64,000 bases of DNA, taken from Octopus sinensis. Its lineage: Eukaryota. The notes under the pieces were generated by a model. That model was not told where the DNA came from, did not search any database, and saw nothing but the letters and a program-made list of their open reading frames with translations. This document shows, one piece after another, positions 36,731 to 50,716 of this stretch (its first letter is position 1; each line of letters begins with the position of its first letter). The stretch lies in the NCBI RefSeq assembly GCF_006345805.1, contig NC_043000.1, positions 65,658,001-65,722,000 on the forward strand, written 5' to 3'. The translations under genes were made by a program, and so were the position numbers.

Positions 36731-36901
36731 TAACGATTAAATAATTAAATTTAGAAAAATTAGAAGAAAAGTTTTTTTAAAAGAATATTTCTGTAGTAGT
36801 GTTCAGATATAAGTAGCATTCTGCCTTTCACTGACTCCCTTGTTTGCACTTTTAAAAAAACTTTTCTTCTAATTTTTCAAAATTTAATTATTTAATCGTT
36901 A

Positions 36902-36939
36902 CAGTTGAAAAGGTCTCAAAATGACCGAAGCCGGTACTG
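36902..36939 (+). ncRNA. Minimal hammerhead with U3-A8 core, right arm (A15.1 to G)
   Basis: CAG-TTGAAAA-GGTC tcaaaat GACC-GAAG-CCGG-TA/CTG. Confidence 0.6.
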
Positions 36940-37034
36940 AAAGATACACTATAAAATTATCTTAGCATTTTCTATTTTTGACTTGTTTTTTCATATATAT
37001 CAACTCGTGTGTTCCTTTCCACCCTTATACATAT

Positions 37035-37074
<40 letters not shown>

Positions 37075-37076
37075 CA

Positions 37077-37110
<34 letters not shown>

Positions 37111-37290
37111 CATATATCATAATAATATATATATATAATAATATATACATATATATATAAAATTATATATATATATATATATATATTTTATAATATAATA
37201 TTTTTTAACCAAACGGAAACAAAAAACAACAACAATGGAACAATTACAGTATTATTATTAATAGGCGCTCAGGAAAAGGAAGCAGGGAGG

Positions 37291-37327
37291 TATGACGTTT
37301 CGAGCGGAGCTCTTCGTCGGAAACATA
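37291..37327 (-). ncRNA. Minimal hammerhead-like motif, GAGC/GCTC family
   Basis: Minus strand CCGACGA-A-GAGC tcc GCTC-GAAACGTC; U4 to C, stem I irregular. Confidence 0.45.
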
Positions 37328-38049
37328 AAGAAGGAAGAGAGAGGAAAGAAAGATCCAGAGCGGGCAACAGGGAAAGAGAAAAAGACGACTGGTGTTTACG
37401 AGTTGCACATGGTGAAAGGCGGATGTTTACGAAAACAGAGCAAAGTGGGTTTTTAAAGGCAAAAGAGTGGAGACAAGGTTGGTAACGCAGCAGAGGTGTG
37501 TGTATGTGTGAGTGTGTGCGTGTGCGTGTGTGTATGTGTGTGTGTGAGGCGAGATGAAAAAACAAAAAATATATATGTGTGTGTTAGTGTGTGCGTCTGT
37601 GTGTAGGCGTGTGAGGTAGGGCGAGATAGTGGTCAGCTTAGCAGACAAAGGTCAGTAGTAAGAAAAAGAAGGAAGGAGGAAGGGAGGGAGGGGAAGGGGT
37701 GGGGCGTATGTAGCGTGCCAGCGTGTGTTGAGTAGTAGTGTGTGTGTGTGTCCAGTGTCGTGGTGGTATAAATGGCGAGTAGATTGAATGTGTGTAAGAG
37801 TAATGTATATATTTAAGCAATGTGTGTATATGTGTGCGCGTGTGTGTAACGGAAAAGGGGGGGGGTTAAGGAGAAAGGACTCCAGCTGAGGGGAAGATGG
37901 AAGAGTGGTCCCGCGGAGGCGGACGTGAGAAAACCCAACGACACGCGACGGTCCCAGGGACGGGCGGGAGGTCTTGTCGGTTCCAAGAGCGAGGTGCCTG
38001 CGGAGCGTATGCGTACGCGAACCGGCGCAAGCGCGTGCGTGCGCGAGCC

Positions 38050-39550
38050 TGCGAGTGTGTGCGTAAGTATGTATGTGTGTGGATGTGTGAGTGTGTCTGT
38101 GTGTATGTCCGGGTGGCAGTGTGTCCGATGAATGTATGTGAGTATGTGTGTATGTATGTGTGTGCATAGATGTATGTCCGTGTGTGTGTGTGTGTGTGTA
38201 TGTGTGTGAGTGTGTATGTATGTACGTGTGGGTGTGGGGAAGTGTGTGTATGTGCATGTGTGTGCGCGTACATACAGGTGTGTGAGTGAGTGTGTGTGTG
38301 TGTATGTATGTGTGAGTGTGTATGTATGTGTGTGTAGGATGCATGTATGTGTATGGGTGTATGTATGCGTGGTGTGTGTGTATGGTGTACGTGCGTGTGT
38401 GTGTGTGTATGCGTGTAGGTGTGCGCGTGTGCATGCATGCATGCATGCATGTGCGTATGTGTGTGTGTGTGCATGTGTGTGGGTATATATGTATGTGCGT
38501 ATATGTGTGTGTGTGTGCGTACATGTGTGTTGTGTGTATGCATGTGTGTGTATGTAGGTGTGTAGGCGTGTGTGTATAGGTGTATGTATGTAAGTATGTA
38601 TGGGTGTGTCCGTGTATGTGTGTGTATGTATGTGTGTGTATGTAGGTGTGTGGGCGTGTGTATATGTGTGTGTATGTAGGTGTGTGGGCGTGTGTATATA
38701 GGTGTATGTGTGTATGTCTGGGTGTGTCCGTGCATGTTTGTGTGTGTGTGTATGCATGTGTATGTAGGTGTGTGTGTACGTGTGTAATGTATGTGTGTAT
38801 GCGTGTGTATGCGTGCGTGTGTGTATGTAGGTGCGTGTGTATGTGTGTGGGAGTGTAGGTGTGTGTGTGCGTGTGCGTGTGCGTGTTTATGTTGGTGTGT
38901 GCGTATGTGAGTGTGAGTGTATGGGTGTTTGTCATGCATGTGTGTGCGCGTGCAGGTGAGTGTGTGTGTAAGTATGTGTGTGTGTATGTTTGTGTGAGTG
39001 TGTATGTGTGTATGTCTGTGTGTATGTATGTGCGTATAGGAGTATGTGGGTATGTGTGTGTGTATGTATATGGGTGTATGTATGTATGTGTGTGTGTGTG
39101 CATGTGTATAAGTATATGTGTGTGTGCGTATGTGTGTATATGTGTATGTGTGTGTGTTTATGTATGTGTGTATGTATTGTGTAGACGTGTGTGTGTAGAT
39201 GTATGTATGTATGGGTGTGTGTCCGTGTGGTTGTGTGTGTGTTAGGTAGATGTGTGTGTCTGAGTGAGGGTATGGCTGTGTAGGTGTGTGTGTGTATACA
39301 AGTGTAATGTATGTATGTGTGTGTGTGTGTGTGTATGTGTACGTGTGCGTGTGTATGTGGTGTGTGTATGCGTGTGAGTGTGAGTGTATAGGTGTATGTC
39401 TGTGTGTGTGTATGTCTGAAGTAGGTATGTATGTGTATGTATGTATGTTGTGTGTGTGCAGGTATGTGTGTGTATGTGTGTGTGTGAGTAGGTGTGCGTG
39501 TATGTATGTGGGTAGGGATGCATGCGAGTGTGTGGGTGTGTATGCATACA
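38050..39550. repeat. 1.5 kb degenerate (TG)n/(TATG)n tract
   Basis: Direct inspection; source of the 483 and 603 aa His/Thr ORFs. Confidence 0.95.
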
Positions 39551-39899
39551 TACGCACGCGCACATCCGAAGCAAGCCCACACACACGAAGCGCGCCCCCA
39601 CGCACAACGCCACTCAGTACAACGCAAGCCCAGGGGCCGACCAAGCCCCCAGCGCGCGCCAAGGCGCGCGAGCGCAAAGGCCCTCGAACGCCCCGCTACG
39701 CGGGAACCGAGGATCCATCAGCCAAAACCGGAAAGCAGAAAAGAGGGGGTGCTGCCTGGATGCAAAAAGGTGTATGTGTGTGTGCATTCAGTGTAAGGGT
39801 GTGCATGTGTAGGTATGTATGTATGTAATGCATATATATACATACATACATACATACATATATATATATACACACACACAAACACACACATATATATAT

Positions 39900-40095
39900 A
39901 TTCTTTTACTTGTTTTAGTAATTTGACTACGGCCATGATGGAGCACCGCCTTTAGTCGAGCAAATCGACACAGGACTTATTATTTGTAAGCCTAGTACTT
40001 ATTCTATCGGTCTCTTTTGCCGAACCGCTAAGTTACGGGGACGTAAAAGCACCACCATCGGTTGTCAAGCGATGTTGGAGGGACAAGCACAGAAG
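39900..40095 (-). mobile_element. SINE family B, 3' part
   Basis: Family B tail; near-identical copy at 40783-40930. Confidence 0.8.
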
Positions 40096-40681
40096 ACAAA
40101 CATATACACACACATACATATATTTATACAAAGAGAACAGTGAGGGGGAGGAGAAGACAAACAGAAAGAAAGAAAAAATAATAGAGGGAGAATAGAGATA
40201 GTTGTAGAGTGCGCATCATAATTATTAAGATAAAACATACTTGGAAATGGATGCATGGCGTTAGATCATATAATATTATAAATAATATATATATATATAT
40301 GCATATATACAACCATATATGTACATACCTACATACATATGTATATATACATGCATATATGGGTACACGACGTAAAAAAAATCGTGAACAAAATGAAAAG
40401 CGAGAATATAAAAAAAACAAAAACACGGAAAACGAATAATTTTTTCGAACAACGAAAGAAACAAATAGAAAAATGAGACAGGCAATATAAAGAACAATTC
40501 CTTTCTTCAGTTGTCCCTTGTTTTATCTACTCCGCATTTCGAACGTTGGAACAAGACGCGACTTCGTTAAAACAGTCGATCCCGCAAAGCAAATTAAATA
40601 TAATTTGGGATTTTGTGGAGGGCTAAAGTGGCAACAAAAAAGGTCAGTAAGAACAAAACAGTAAAAACAAACGGTAAGGGT

Positions 40682-40783
40682 TGTTAAACCATAACGAGGT
40701 GAAGTGATGAACGCTGGTATATATATATATATATATATATATTATACCAGCGTTCACCACTTCACCTCGTTATGGCTTAACAG
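40682..40783. repeat. Short inverted duplication centred on a (TA)n tract
   Basis: TGTTAAACCATAACGAGGTGAAGTGATGAACGCTGG-(TA)n-CCAGCGTTCACCACTTCACCTCGTTATGGCTTAACA. Confidence 0.9.
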
Positions 40784-40939
40784 CCTTTAGTTGAGCAAAT
40801 CGACCCCAGGACTTATTCTTTGTAAGCCTAGTACTTATTCTATCGGGTCTCTTTTGCCGAACCGCTAAGTTACGGGGACGTAAAAGCACCAGCATCGGTT
40901 GTCAGTGATGTTGGAGGGACAAGCACAGACGCAAAACAT

Positions 40940-40986
<47 letters not shown>

Positions 40987-41062
40987 ACATACATACATAC
41001 ATACATACATACATACATAATACATACGTACTTACGTACGTAAATACATACATAATCAATAA

Positions 41063-41325
<263 letters not shown>

Positions 41326-41330
41326 ATATA

Positions 41331-41548
41331 TTTCTTTATTGCCCACAAGGGGCTAAACATAGTGGGGACAAAGAAGGACAGACAAAGGGATTAAGTCGAT
41401 TACATCGACCCCGGTGCGAAACTGGTATTTTATTTATCGACCCGAAAGGATGAAAGGCAAAGTCGATCTCGGCGGAATTGGAACTCAGAACGTAGCGGCA
41501 GATGAAATACCGCTAAGCATTTCGCCCGACGTGCTAACGATTCTGCCA
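41331..41548 (-). mobile_element. SINE family C
   Basis: Matches 19797-20025 and 49259-49491. Confidence 0.85.
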
Positions 41549-41697
41549 ATACATGTATATATATGGGCAACACACACACAGACACACACACACATACACA
41601 CACACACACACATACACACACGTACATACGTACACCTATTGCAAACATGTTTTTTGTACGCATACATGTTCGTGTGTGTGTATGTGTGTATGTGTGT

Positions 41698-41755
<58 letters not shown>

Positions 41756-42212
41756 GTGTTGTGTTGTGTTGCCCGTATATCAAGAAAACACTTTTTTCTT
41801 CGATGAGTCTTAACAAAAACTTACTCGTTGCTAGAAGGGGACTTAAATCCTGTTTGCAAACAATGGTGATTTCTCCAACTTGAAAATCGTTAAAAGTTTT
41901 GGTTGATAATTTATTTTTACTGCTATTCGCTGGTGCCTCTAGTAAATATAAATTGTCGAAAATATAGCTAGGGTCATGACGAATGTCATTAGAGCGACGT
42001 GCGTGCTAATTTTTAAATTGGTCTTTTAGCTCGTAAAAGTGGTGACGTTGTACTTTTTATTAATATTTATTTATTTTTCGAAAATTTTGTGGGAATGCAT
42101 TATCACTCTATAACATAATAATTAATGAGAAAATTATTTTCACATAGGGGTAAGTTTACTCGTTATTTTCACAACACGAGAATATTCTCTCTCTCTCTCT
42201 CTCTCTCCTCTC

Positions 42213-42247
<35 letters not shown>

Positions 42248-42451
42248 ATAATATATAATATATATATATATAGTATATATATATATATTATATTAATTAG
42301 AGATAAATTTTTATATTATACAAATATATATATATATAATATTGTATGTATATATTTTTATATTTATATATTATTTTTTTTTTATTAATTAATTAATTAT
42401 TAATTTTTTTTTTTTTTTTTTTAAATATCAAAAGTATTAAATTATAAGTTT

Positions 42452-42491
<40 letters not shown>

Positions 42492-42511
42492 ATATATATT
42501 ATATATTATAT

Positions 42512-42922
42512 AGGTGGCAGGAGTGGCTGTGTGGTAAGTAGCTTGTTTACCAACCACATGGTTCCGGGTTCAGCTCCACTGCATGGCACCTTGGGCAAGT
42601 GTCTTCTACTATAGCCTCGGGCTGACAAAAGCCTTGTGAGTGGATTTGGTAGACGGAAATTGAAACAAGCCCGTCGTATATATGTATATATATATGTATG
42701 TGTGTGTGTTTGTGTGTCTGTGTTTGTCCCCCTAGCATTGCTTGACAACCGATGCTGGTCTGTTTATGTCCCCGTCACTTAGCGGTTCGGCAAAAAGAGA
42801 CCGATAGAATAAGTACTGGGCTTACAAAGAATAAGTCCCGGGGTCGAGTTGCTCGGTTAAAGGTGGTGTTCCAGCATGGCCGCAGTCAAATGACTGAAAC
42901 AGGTAAACGAGAGTAAAGAGAG
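42512..42922 (+). mobile_element. SINE family B, full length
   Basis: GCAGGAGTGGCTGTGTGGTAAG head, internal TA/TG tract, TAAAGAG tail. Confidence 0.9.
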
Positions 42923-43440
42923 TATATATATATATATAAGAAGAAATATACTATACTAGCTTTCAATTTAACATTCATAGATGACTAAAGAAACTTCACT
43001 ACAAACTTGAAATTGGAATTTTTTTCTAAATTTAATCTAGCTTTAAAATTTATAAGGCTTTCCCCCAGTTAAAAAATACTATGCCTACTCATAATAATAA
43101 GTGATAGATTCTTTTCCCCTTTTTTCTCTAAATTACACTCTCTGTGAATGGGTGGTGCTCCAGCATGGCCGCAGTCAAATGACTGAAACAGGTAAAAGAG
43201 AGTAAAGAGAGTATATATATATATATATAAGAAATATACTATACTAGCTTTCAATTTAACATTCATAGATGACTAAAGAAACTTCACTACAAACTTGAAA
43301 TTGGAATTTTTTTCTAAATTTAATCTAGCTTTAAAATTAATAAGGCTTTCCCCTAGTTAAAAAATACTATGCCTACTCATAATAATAAGTGATAGATTCT
43401 TTTCCCCTTTTTTCTCTAAATTACACTCTCTGTGAATGGG
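42862..43440 (+). repeat. ~290 bp tandem duplication (SINE tail + flank)
   Basis: GGTGGTG.TCCAGCATGG...CTCTGTGAATGG occurs twice head-to-tail with few differences. Confidence 0.92.
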
Positions 43441-43948
43441 ATTAGGACCATTTGACATTGACCTAGTTTCTCTCACCAAATAGCAGTAATTGGCATTTAT
43501 TAGTGGCAATTGCTGTCTTCGACATGAATTCCTTTTATGGAGTTCTGAAACCTCCTTTACCCCATTTCTACAATTAAAAAAATCTTTATTGCTTCTAACC
43601 TTACAGCAGTTAGGAACAGCCATATCTTAGTCAGTCAGTGGAAGGACTTCACTACCTCATATGTTCTTAAAATTTAAATCCACATCTTTGTCTGTATATC
43701 TACTTTCTCTATAATGTTGCCACTTGATTTGAAAATTTTTGTATTAATGGAAACCCTCTATATTGGCTGATGAGTACTCAGCATCTTAAATCTGTTGTAC
43801 CTTACAACATTTAATAAAATGATGTAGTACGAAACGATCGTACCAAATTACCGGAGTCATTCTTGTTGCTTATTTTGATGCATATATATATATATATGTA
43901 TATAACATCGTCATTATTATTATCATTATTACTATTACTATTACTATG

Positions 43949-44016
<68 letters not shown>

Positions 44017-44021
44017 CATTA

Positions 44022-44537
44022 TCGAGTGAGAGATCAGTAAATGCCATCAAAGTGACACTGGGGTGAAATATACGAGGCCCAGTATACCCATCATGACAGC
44101 CAGTCTGATAAGGGTACACCAGGCGCATGTATCACAACCATATGTACGCGACATGTTGACCTCATATCAAGATAAACAGCACATGACCTTGCATGTGGGG
44201 CCCAGTTACAATTTTCTTCTGGTCGAGTAGCCCATCCCGCTCAAAAGGTCTCTGAATAAGGATTGTTTAAGGATGTTGAGCGAACCACCCATGTTTCGAA
44301 AAGTGAATTATCCAAACCTCCAAGAATTCCTCTCAACACACGGCTATGATGCTCCCTCACTATTTCTGCTCATGATCAGAGATGCACATATCGTCAGCCA
44401 CTAAGGGACCTCAACTGGTTAAGGTCAAACAACTGACAAGCAAATCTGTGGTATTGAGCAGAATATTTGCTGCAGCCCATCTTTTATGCCAAGACAAAAC
44501 AATGTACATGATAACACTTCCAATCAGTTAAGATCAT
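44022..44537. mobile_element. Non-coding ~515 bp element embedded in (TTA)n
   Basis: Complex sequence sharply bounded by (TTA)n on both sides; no credible ORF or Pol III boxes seen. Confidence 0.55.
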
Positions 44538-44571
44538 ATTATTATTATTATCATTAATATTATTATTAGCG

Positions 44572-44635
<64 letters not shown>

Positions 44636-44856
44636 GTGGTAAGGCGTCAACAAGTAGGATAGCACGCAATCAGCTGAGGGCGTAAGTATGATATTACAAT
44701 GAAATTTACAAGTCTTGTTAACTACAGCCACTCAGGGTTTCGTGGTCGAAATACTTATTTCGCCAATTGAAAAATGGCAGAATAAATGGATAGCTGTACT
44801 TAACACGACTTGTGGTTTTTATTATTACATTGTGTGTGTATGTGTGTGCTTACTGT

Positions 44857-44914
<58 letters not shown>

Positions 44915-46506
44915 GGCCTGTAGTGTGAGTTCCGCACATAATGTTTCTTTGTTGTTGTTTTCTTAAGAAACGTTTTACAGGTTTCTATAAATCTTACAGT
45001 TAAATGTTAGGGTTTGAGACAGTAGATTTAGGAGTAAGGTTAAAAGTTAAAAAAATAGAATTTATGAATGTTCTTTCTTTCTTTTTTTTCCAAAAAATCA
45101 TATTTAAATCAGAATCCGAATAAATTTTCTTTGCAAAAAGGAAAGAAAGAAAGAAAGAAAGAAAGAAGGACTGTAGCAGTGAAAGTCTTTCATTGTACAC
45201 TTGGATTATATATTTTAAATTTAATGAAATTTTAGTTTGAATTTTCTTTCTGACACAATCCGTTTCATTTTATAACGCATTTTGAATATTTAAAAGAAAT
45301 TGATTTGTCAACCTTTTGTAAAGCGAATGATTTTATTCCCCACCCCCACCCGTTATTTCATGTTTTTCTCATTTCTTACCCAAAAGATGTGATTGTATTT
45401 ATTTTACAAAAGGTGGTGAGCTGGCAGAATCTTTAACCCATCGAGGAGCACAATACTTGCCGACTTTTCTTCTGGCACATTACTTTCTCAGTTCGAGTCT
45501 CACCGCTGTTGGTTTATTTGTTTTTCATCCCTTCGAGGGGAAGATAAAATACAATACTAGTCAAGTGCTGAGGTCGATGTAATCGACTTGCTGCTACCCC
45601 TGAAAATTGCTGGCCTTGAACACTGAAACGGACCGGTATCCTTTTCAGGGGAAATGTTGTTATCTCGGTCACTTATACGCCGTGAAACCCAGGTGACTGG
45701 CCTTATGATCTCAATAAAAATATATTACGTATTAATATGACCAAACGAATGCCAAGTGCTGCAGCTAGCTTAATCACAGTTTTATTTTAATCTCTAATGA
45801 ATTTGTTTTTATTTTAATATTTTCATTTTTGTTTCCTTCCCCCGAATTTGTTTTTCTAACTTAAGATTTTTGTGAATTGTTAATTTCCATTCGAGATTGT
45901 ATTTGAGTTCAAATCTAACAGAGGTCAACTTTATCAATCATCCTTTCAAGATACAACACCAATGAAGTACTGGGATCGATGTTATTAACTGACCTCCAAT
46001 CAAAATCTCAGGCCTTATCACCGTGTTAAAAAGTATAGCTCCACGGTTTACAGCAAACACGTGCAAATCCTGCAGACGGTGTAACAAATTTTTCTGAGCG
46101 TTTGATTTTCAAAATCATCGGAGCGTCGGATAAAATGTCATGTGAAAGTTCTAATAGTTTGAGTTCAAATTCCGCTAAGATCAGAATCAACCTTCATCCT
46201 TTTGAGGTTCATAAAATGTTGTAGAGGTCAAGTACTGGGATTTATGGTATCGACTAACTTCCTCCTCCAAAAATTGCAGGCTTTGTGTCTAAATCAGGAA
46301 CCATTTTCATAGTTTTCTGATGTTATTAGAAAGTGTAAGCTCTCTATATTTAATGGCCACAGGAAGTAAATGCTTATCACCGTCGAACACAACGTGGATT
46401 TGTTTTAGCTGGCGATATAAATACCGGACAATTAAAACAATGACTGAAAGACACTGCAGATGTCATTTACAATGTAGGACTTTACAATACATGAAATAGT
46501 GAGTAG

Positions 46507-46746
46507 AAAAAAGGGTTCTGACAGAACAAAAAAAAAACCTTGGCTTTAAGAATTAAAAGAAGTTTCACAAAACAATCTATTAATGAAAAGAAAATCGTCA
46601 ACTCCTTTTAGAATAATCTCATTTCAAGAGAAAACGGTTCTGACAGAGCAAAAATCCTTGGATTTAAAAGAAGTTAAAAGAAGTTTCACAAAACAATTTA
46701 TTAATGAAAATAAAATCAACCCCTTTTGGAATAATCTCACGTCAAG
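46507..46746 (+). repeat. Diverged ~120 bp tandem duplication
   Basis: GGTTCTGACAGA..TTAAAAGAAGTTTCACAAAACAAT..GAATAATCTCA twice. Confidence 0.85.
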
Positions 46747-48589
46747 TAAGCGGAAGAAACATACATAGATTAGCTTGAGAAAGTCTTTGAAATAATCTGA
46801 AATTTACACTGATGCTTATATCAACGTAACAAAAAGAATGTTATCAAAAAGCGATTACTGGGAGCTGTGCTGAGAAAATGAGTATTTCTTTTCAAATGAA
46901 TAAGGCTTCCCACTCTACCAGTTGAGTGTTACACTCTACCAGTAACACTCTACCAGTTGAGTGTTACACAAACGCGCGCGCGCACGCGCGCGCACACACA
47001 CACACAATATAAAGTAATGATTCGAATTTGTGATACTATTTATATTTCATAATTAACTGTTGTTTGAACAATTCCGTAGTAATCATGAGTCATGTCTGTT
47101 ATGAAGATAAACGCAATGCAGTTTATCTTCATAGCATCCACGGAAATTGTTTTAGCAGAGCTTTTTATAGAAACAATACCAGTCCTCCTTAATAAGATGT
47201 AGGTTCTTTAACAAAGACAGTATACTCAATTTGGATTTTCATAGCTTTAAAAAAAAATTTTCCGTTGCTTCTTCCGTTTTTATTTGCATTTTTTTTTTTA
47301 GGAAGTGTGTGTATCCCCATCGACTGGTTCTCATCCTTATAAGCGATTGAGGTTGTACTGCTATAAGTGGTACTTCCTGGTCGTTTAGTACTAGCTATTA
47401 TTTTTGTTGCTGTAGGTGACTCACCTTGTCCTGGCTGTTTGTGGTTGGGCGAGGGGTTTAGGGGGACTTCATGGTTCGCTCCTGGTCATGAGAACGAAGA
47501 AATATTGTTTTCGACTCACGAGTTGTGCTTGACATCGCCTTAGGAGTGATTTAATGCTGTTGCTTTTATTCCTTTAGAATTTCTGTGCATAAATTCCTTA
47601 AATTGGTTTTGCTCCAGCTTTTATAGTAGCGTTGGATGATGAATTTTAAGATCTTCATTTTAGTGCCCTCAACAGGACACATTTCTGGTGTAGTTTTGTG
47701 GAGTCATGCATACTAATATGTTTATGGTAAACTTACCTGACCACACATCACCCAATATTATATCTGCACTAACTACATGGCAACAGTGTGCTACAGAGGT
47801 GACAACTAGCACTTGTTAGGGGTCGACTCATCACTGATGTCCCTGACAGTGACCCTTGTGTTCCTCCTTTCCAAGTACTGCGGAAACAGCTTCTGGGCCG
47901 GTGTGTTGCATACTTTTGGGCTTGTGCTTTTACTCGTTCTGTTTTAAAGATGACACATGTAACGCCAAATATCTTCCCTTTCCCAGTGAAGGATATTTTA
48001 CATAAAATATCTGTCCAACTTTACTTGGATGAGACTAGAAAGCCTTCTAGTTATTGATAAGGCATAGATATCTTAGTTTTTTTCCTCTCTAGAGCTACTG
48101 TGATTGATTGTAAGCTAGCACCAGTCCGATTAACAAAATACTACCAGTCTTTAGATCTTTCAGCAAGTTATTACATATTGAAGGTCTTTAAATAGTATAT
48201 ACTGAATGTTACAAATTGACGTACTTCAATATTGAAAGCTTTTAAAGAGGTTTTTGTGAAGGACAAAAAGCTCGGTCGAAGCAGTACGTGTATGCATATT
48301 GTTCTCGTGATTGTTGTTCTTGCTGTTGACATTTCTAGTCGGTTTTGTCAAAATGCTCGTATTTTCTTTTAGGCCGTGGTTACTATTTATATCTTGCATT
48401 GCAAATAAAACAGTATCCTGTTTGTTTCTTTTGTAGGTTATTCTTTTGCAAGTTTTCTGTGGGAAATGTATTATTTTGTTCATTTCGTTTTTCTTTTCTT
48501 TTTGTGGGCAAGGAAGAACTTGGATAAAAAAACTAGGAACGTAATGGCTATACATGGTTGCCTTTATGCTAGAAGTAATGTAGCAAGGC

Positions 48590-49799
48590 TATACTTAGGA
48601 AGGTAAGGTTGAAGAGGACCGGTTGGCATAGAAGATAATGTTGTGAAGGAGATCGAGTCCTTGCATGCCTCTCTGAAGAATAGTGATGAAAGAATGTTGC
48701 AAGCTGCACTTAGTGAGAAAATGATCAGCGAAAAAGGTGAGATCCTCTATTCAACTGAAAAAGAAAAGTTCTACGTGGAGAGTTTTTTCAACAAACAGAA
48801 TTCTGGAGATGGTTAAGACACAGTTTTTTTTTAAAGAAGGAGACGGAAGGACTGGTTCTTGATGCTCAAGAAGAAGCTTTACGTACTATCTCAATCAAGT
48901 ATAGAATTGATAAAACAGTCGCATCACATTTGTATAGACTATATGGAAAATCATCTGAGATAATTATACATATAATTAGCGGATACACAAAACTAGCCTA
49001 AAAGGAGTACAAAAATGTTACGACAAAGTAGTAGTGCGAACACACTGGGAGTTCTGGAAGAATTTTGGGTTAGAATGTTCCAACAAGTGGTAGTAGCACC
49101 AATCTTGGCTAGTAGCAGAGAACGATCATGTGAAATTCACATGGGGTATGCCAATATACACAGACAAAAAGCTCCAACATAACTTACTAGATACCACCCT
49201 CTCAATGAAGGAATTCAAAGAATGGACCTGCATTGACGTAACTATACCTGCAAACCAAGGCGGCGAGCTTGCATAATCGTTAGCACGCCGGGCGAAATGC
49301 GTAGCCGTATTTCGTCTGCCGCTACGTTCTGAGTTCAAATTCCGCCGAGGTCGACTTTGCCTTTCACCCTTTCGGGGTCGATAAATTAAGTACCAGTTAC
49401 GCACTGGGGTCGATGTAATCGACTTAATCCGTTTGTCTGTCCTTGTTTGTCCCCTCTGTGTTTAGCCCCTTTTGGGCAGTAAAGAAATATATATACCTGC
49501 AGACCAAGATATTATTAAGACAGTGGACGAGAACCTCGAGAAGTACCAAGACCTAGGATTGGAAGTGAAAAGAATCTATAGAACCTCAGAAGTGAGCTTG
49601 GTACCTATTGTAATCGGGCCACTTGGGACCATCTGAAAAAGAGCAATATTCTAGCATCAAAAGCTGCGAATACCAAACTTCTAAGTAAGTATTCGGCAAC
49701 AATACTTGAAACAGCTCATGTGTTGAAGAAATTGTTTCATCTCTAAGCTGGGGAATGGAACTGAGACGTAACTTAGACACAGATAAATCATAAGTTAAG

Positions 49800-49802
<3 letters not shown>
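48590..49802 (+). mobile_element. Old decayed R4/Dong-type LINE 3' part
   Basis: ETEGLVLDAQEEALRT, IDV..P, EKYQDL remnants; ends in (TAA)n 49803-49870. Confidence 0.75.
49259..49491 (+). mobile_element. Young SINE family C insertion with 17 bp TSD
   Basis: TATACCTGCAAACCAAG (49243-49259) / TATACCTGCAGACCAAG (49492-49508). Confidence 0.92.
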
Positions 49803-49870
<68 letters not shown>

Positions 49871-50572
49871 TCTTTCTAATTTAGTTTAGAGAAAGGGCAA
49901 GGCGATTACATCGCCTTCAGTATTTGACTGGTGATTATTTTATCGAGCTCGAAAGGATGAAAGACAACGATTCCCACAAATCGAAGATCTTGACTACCAA
50001 GTACAACTACGATTTCCCAACTCTCATCTCCAACTTAAAGGCGCATGTTGAGGGTAGATCCAATCACATGTGCCATGTACTCTCTGTCACGCTAACCTTT
50101 GAAGAATTTTACTGAAAGAGAGCACATCCTGCTTCTTCTCCCCTTTCTTTCCATGTGAATCTTGGAAAAGTCGATGAGAACTTTCGGCCTCGTCTACCAC
50201 ACAACCTCTTTTGCCATAGTCAACAGACAGGGAAAAACTTGCTCCAGTTTTCTCTTGCCAGAGTGAAGATTTTCGTGGAAGGGACGCGTACCATTAGTCA
50301 GAAAAGGGTGTTGGTGCCTGGCAACATTCCCGACGCCAGACGCCTAGCCTTGATCTTTGCCTAATCTAGACTGCAGAGCAGTGGGAAAACGTGACACGTC
50401 ATACATACGTAATAACATTATGAAAGCAATGGCTAAAACTCTATTATTTCGGATAAAGGACAAACCCCAATATAATGACAGTATCCATATACATACATAC
50501 ATACATGCTTATATACACTATATGTGTATGCACGTGTGTATGTATGTACGTGTGTATGTATGTGCGTGTGTG

Positions 50573-50648
<76 letters not shown>

Positions 50649-50716
50649 TGTGTATATGTATATGTTTATATATATGGATGAATAGATGGGTATTTGTGTG
50701 TTTGCGCGCGCATGTG

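Larger units (their letters stand above)
36632..37000. repeat. Foldback cassette 5 (~150 bp arms, ~65 bp spacer) at (TA)n
   Basis: ATATGAAAAAACAAGTCAAAAATAGAAAATGC.. mirrored at 36850-37000. Confidence 0.95.

Noticed and set aside
37652-39677. 483 aa and 603 aa His/Thr/Tyr-rich ORFs
   Set aside because: Translations of a degenerate (CA)n tract, open in several frames; GC-rich edges look like low-quality sequence.
40430-40580. CTGAAGA and GAAA motifs on the minus strand
   Set aside because: Could not build consistent stems I-III.
47330-48200. Possible very old RLE-type LINE on the minus strand
   Set aside because: Motifs too decayed to support by eye.
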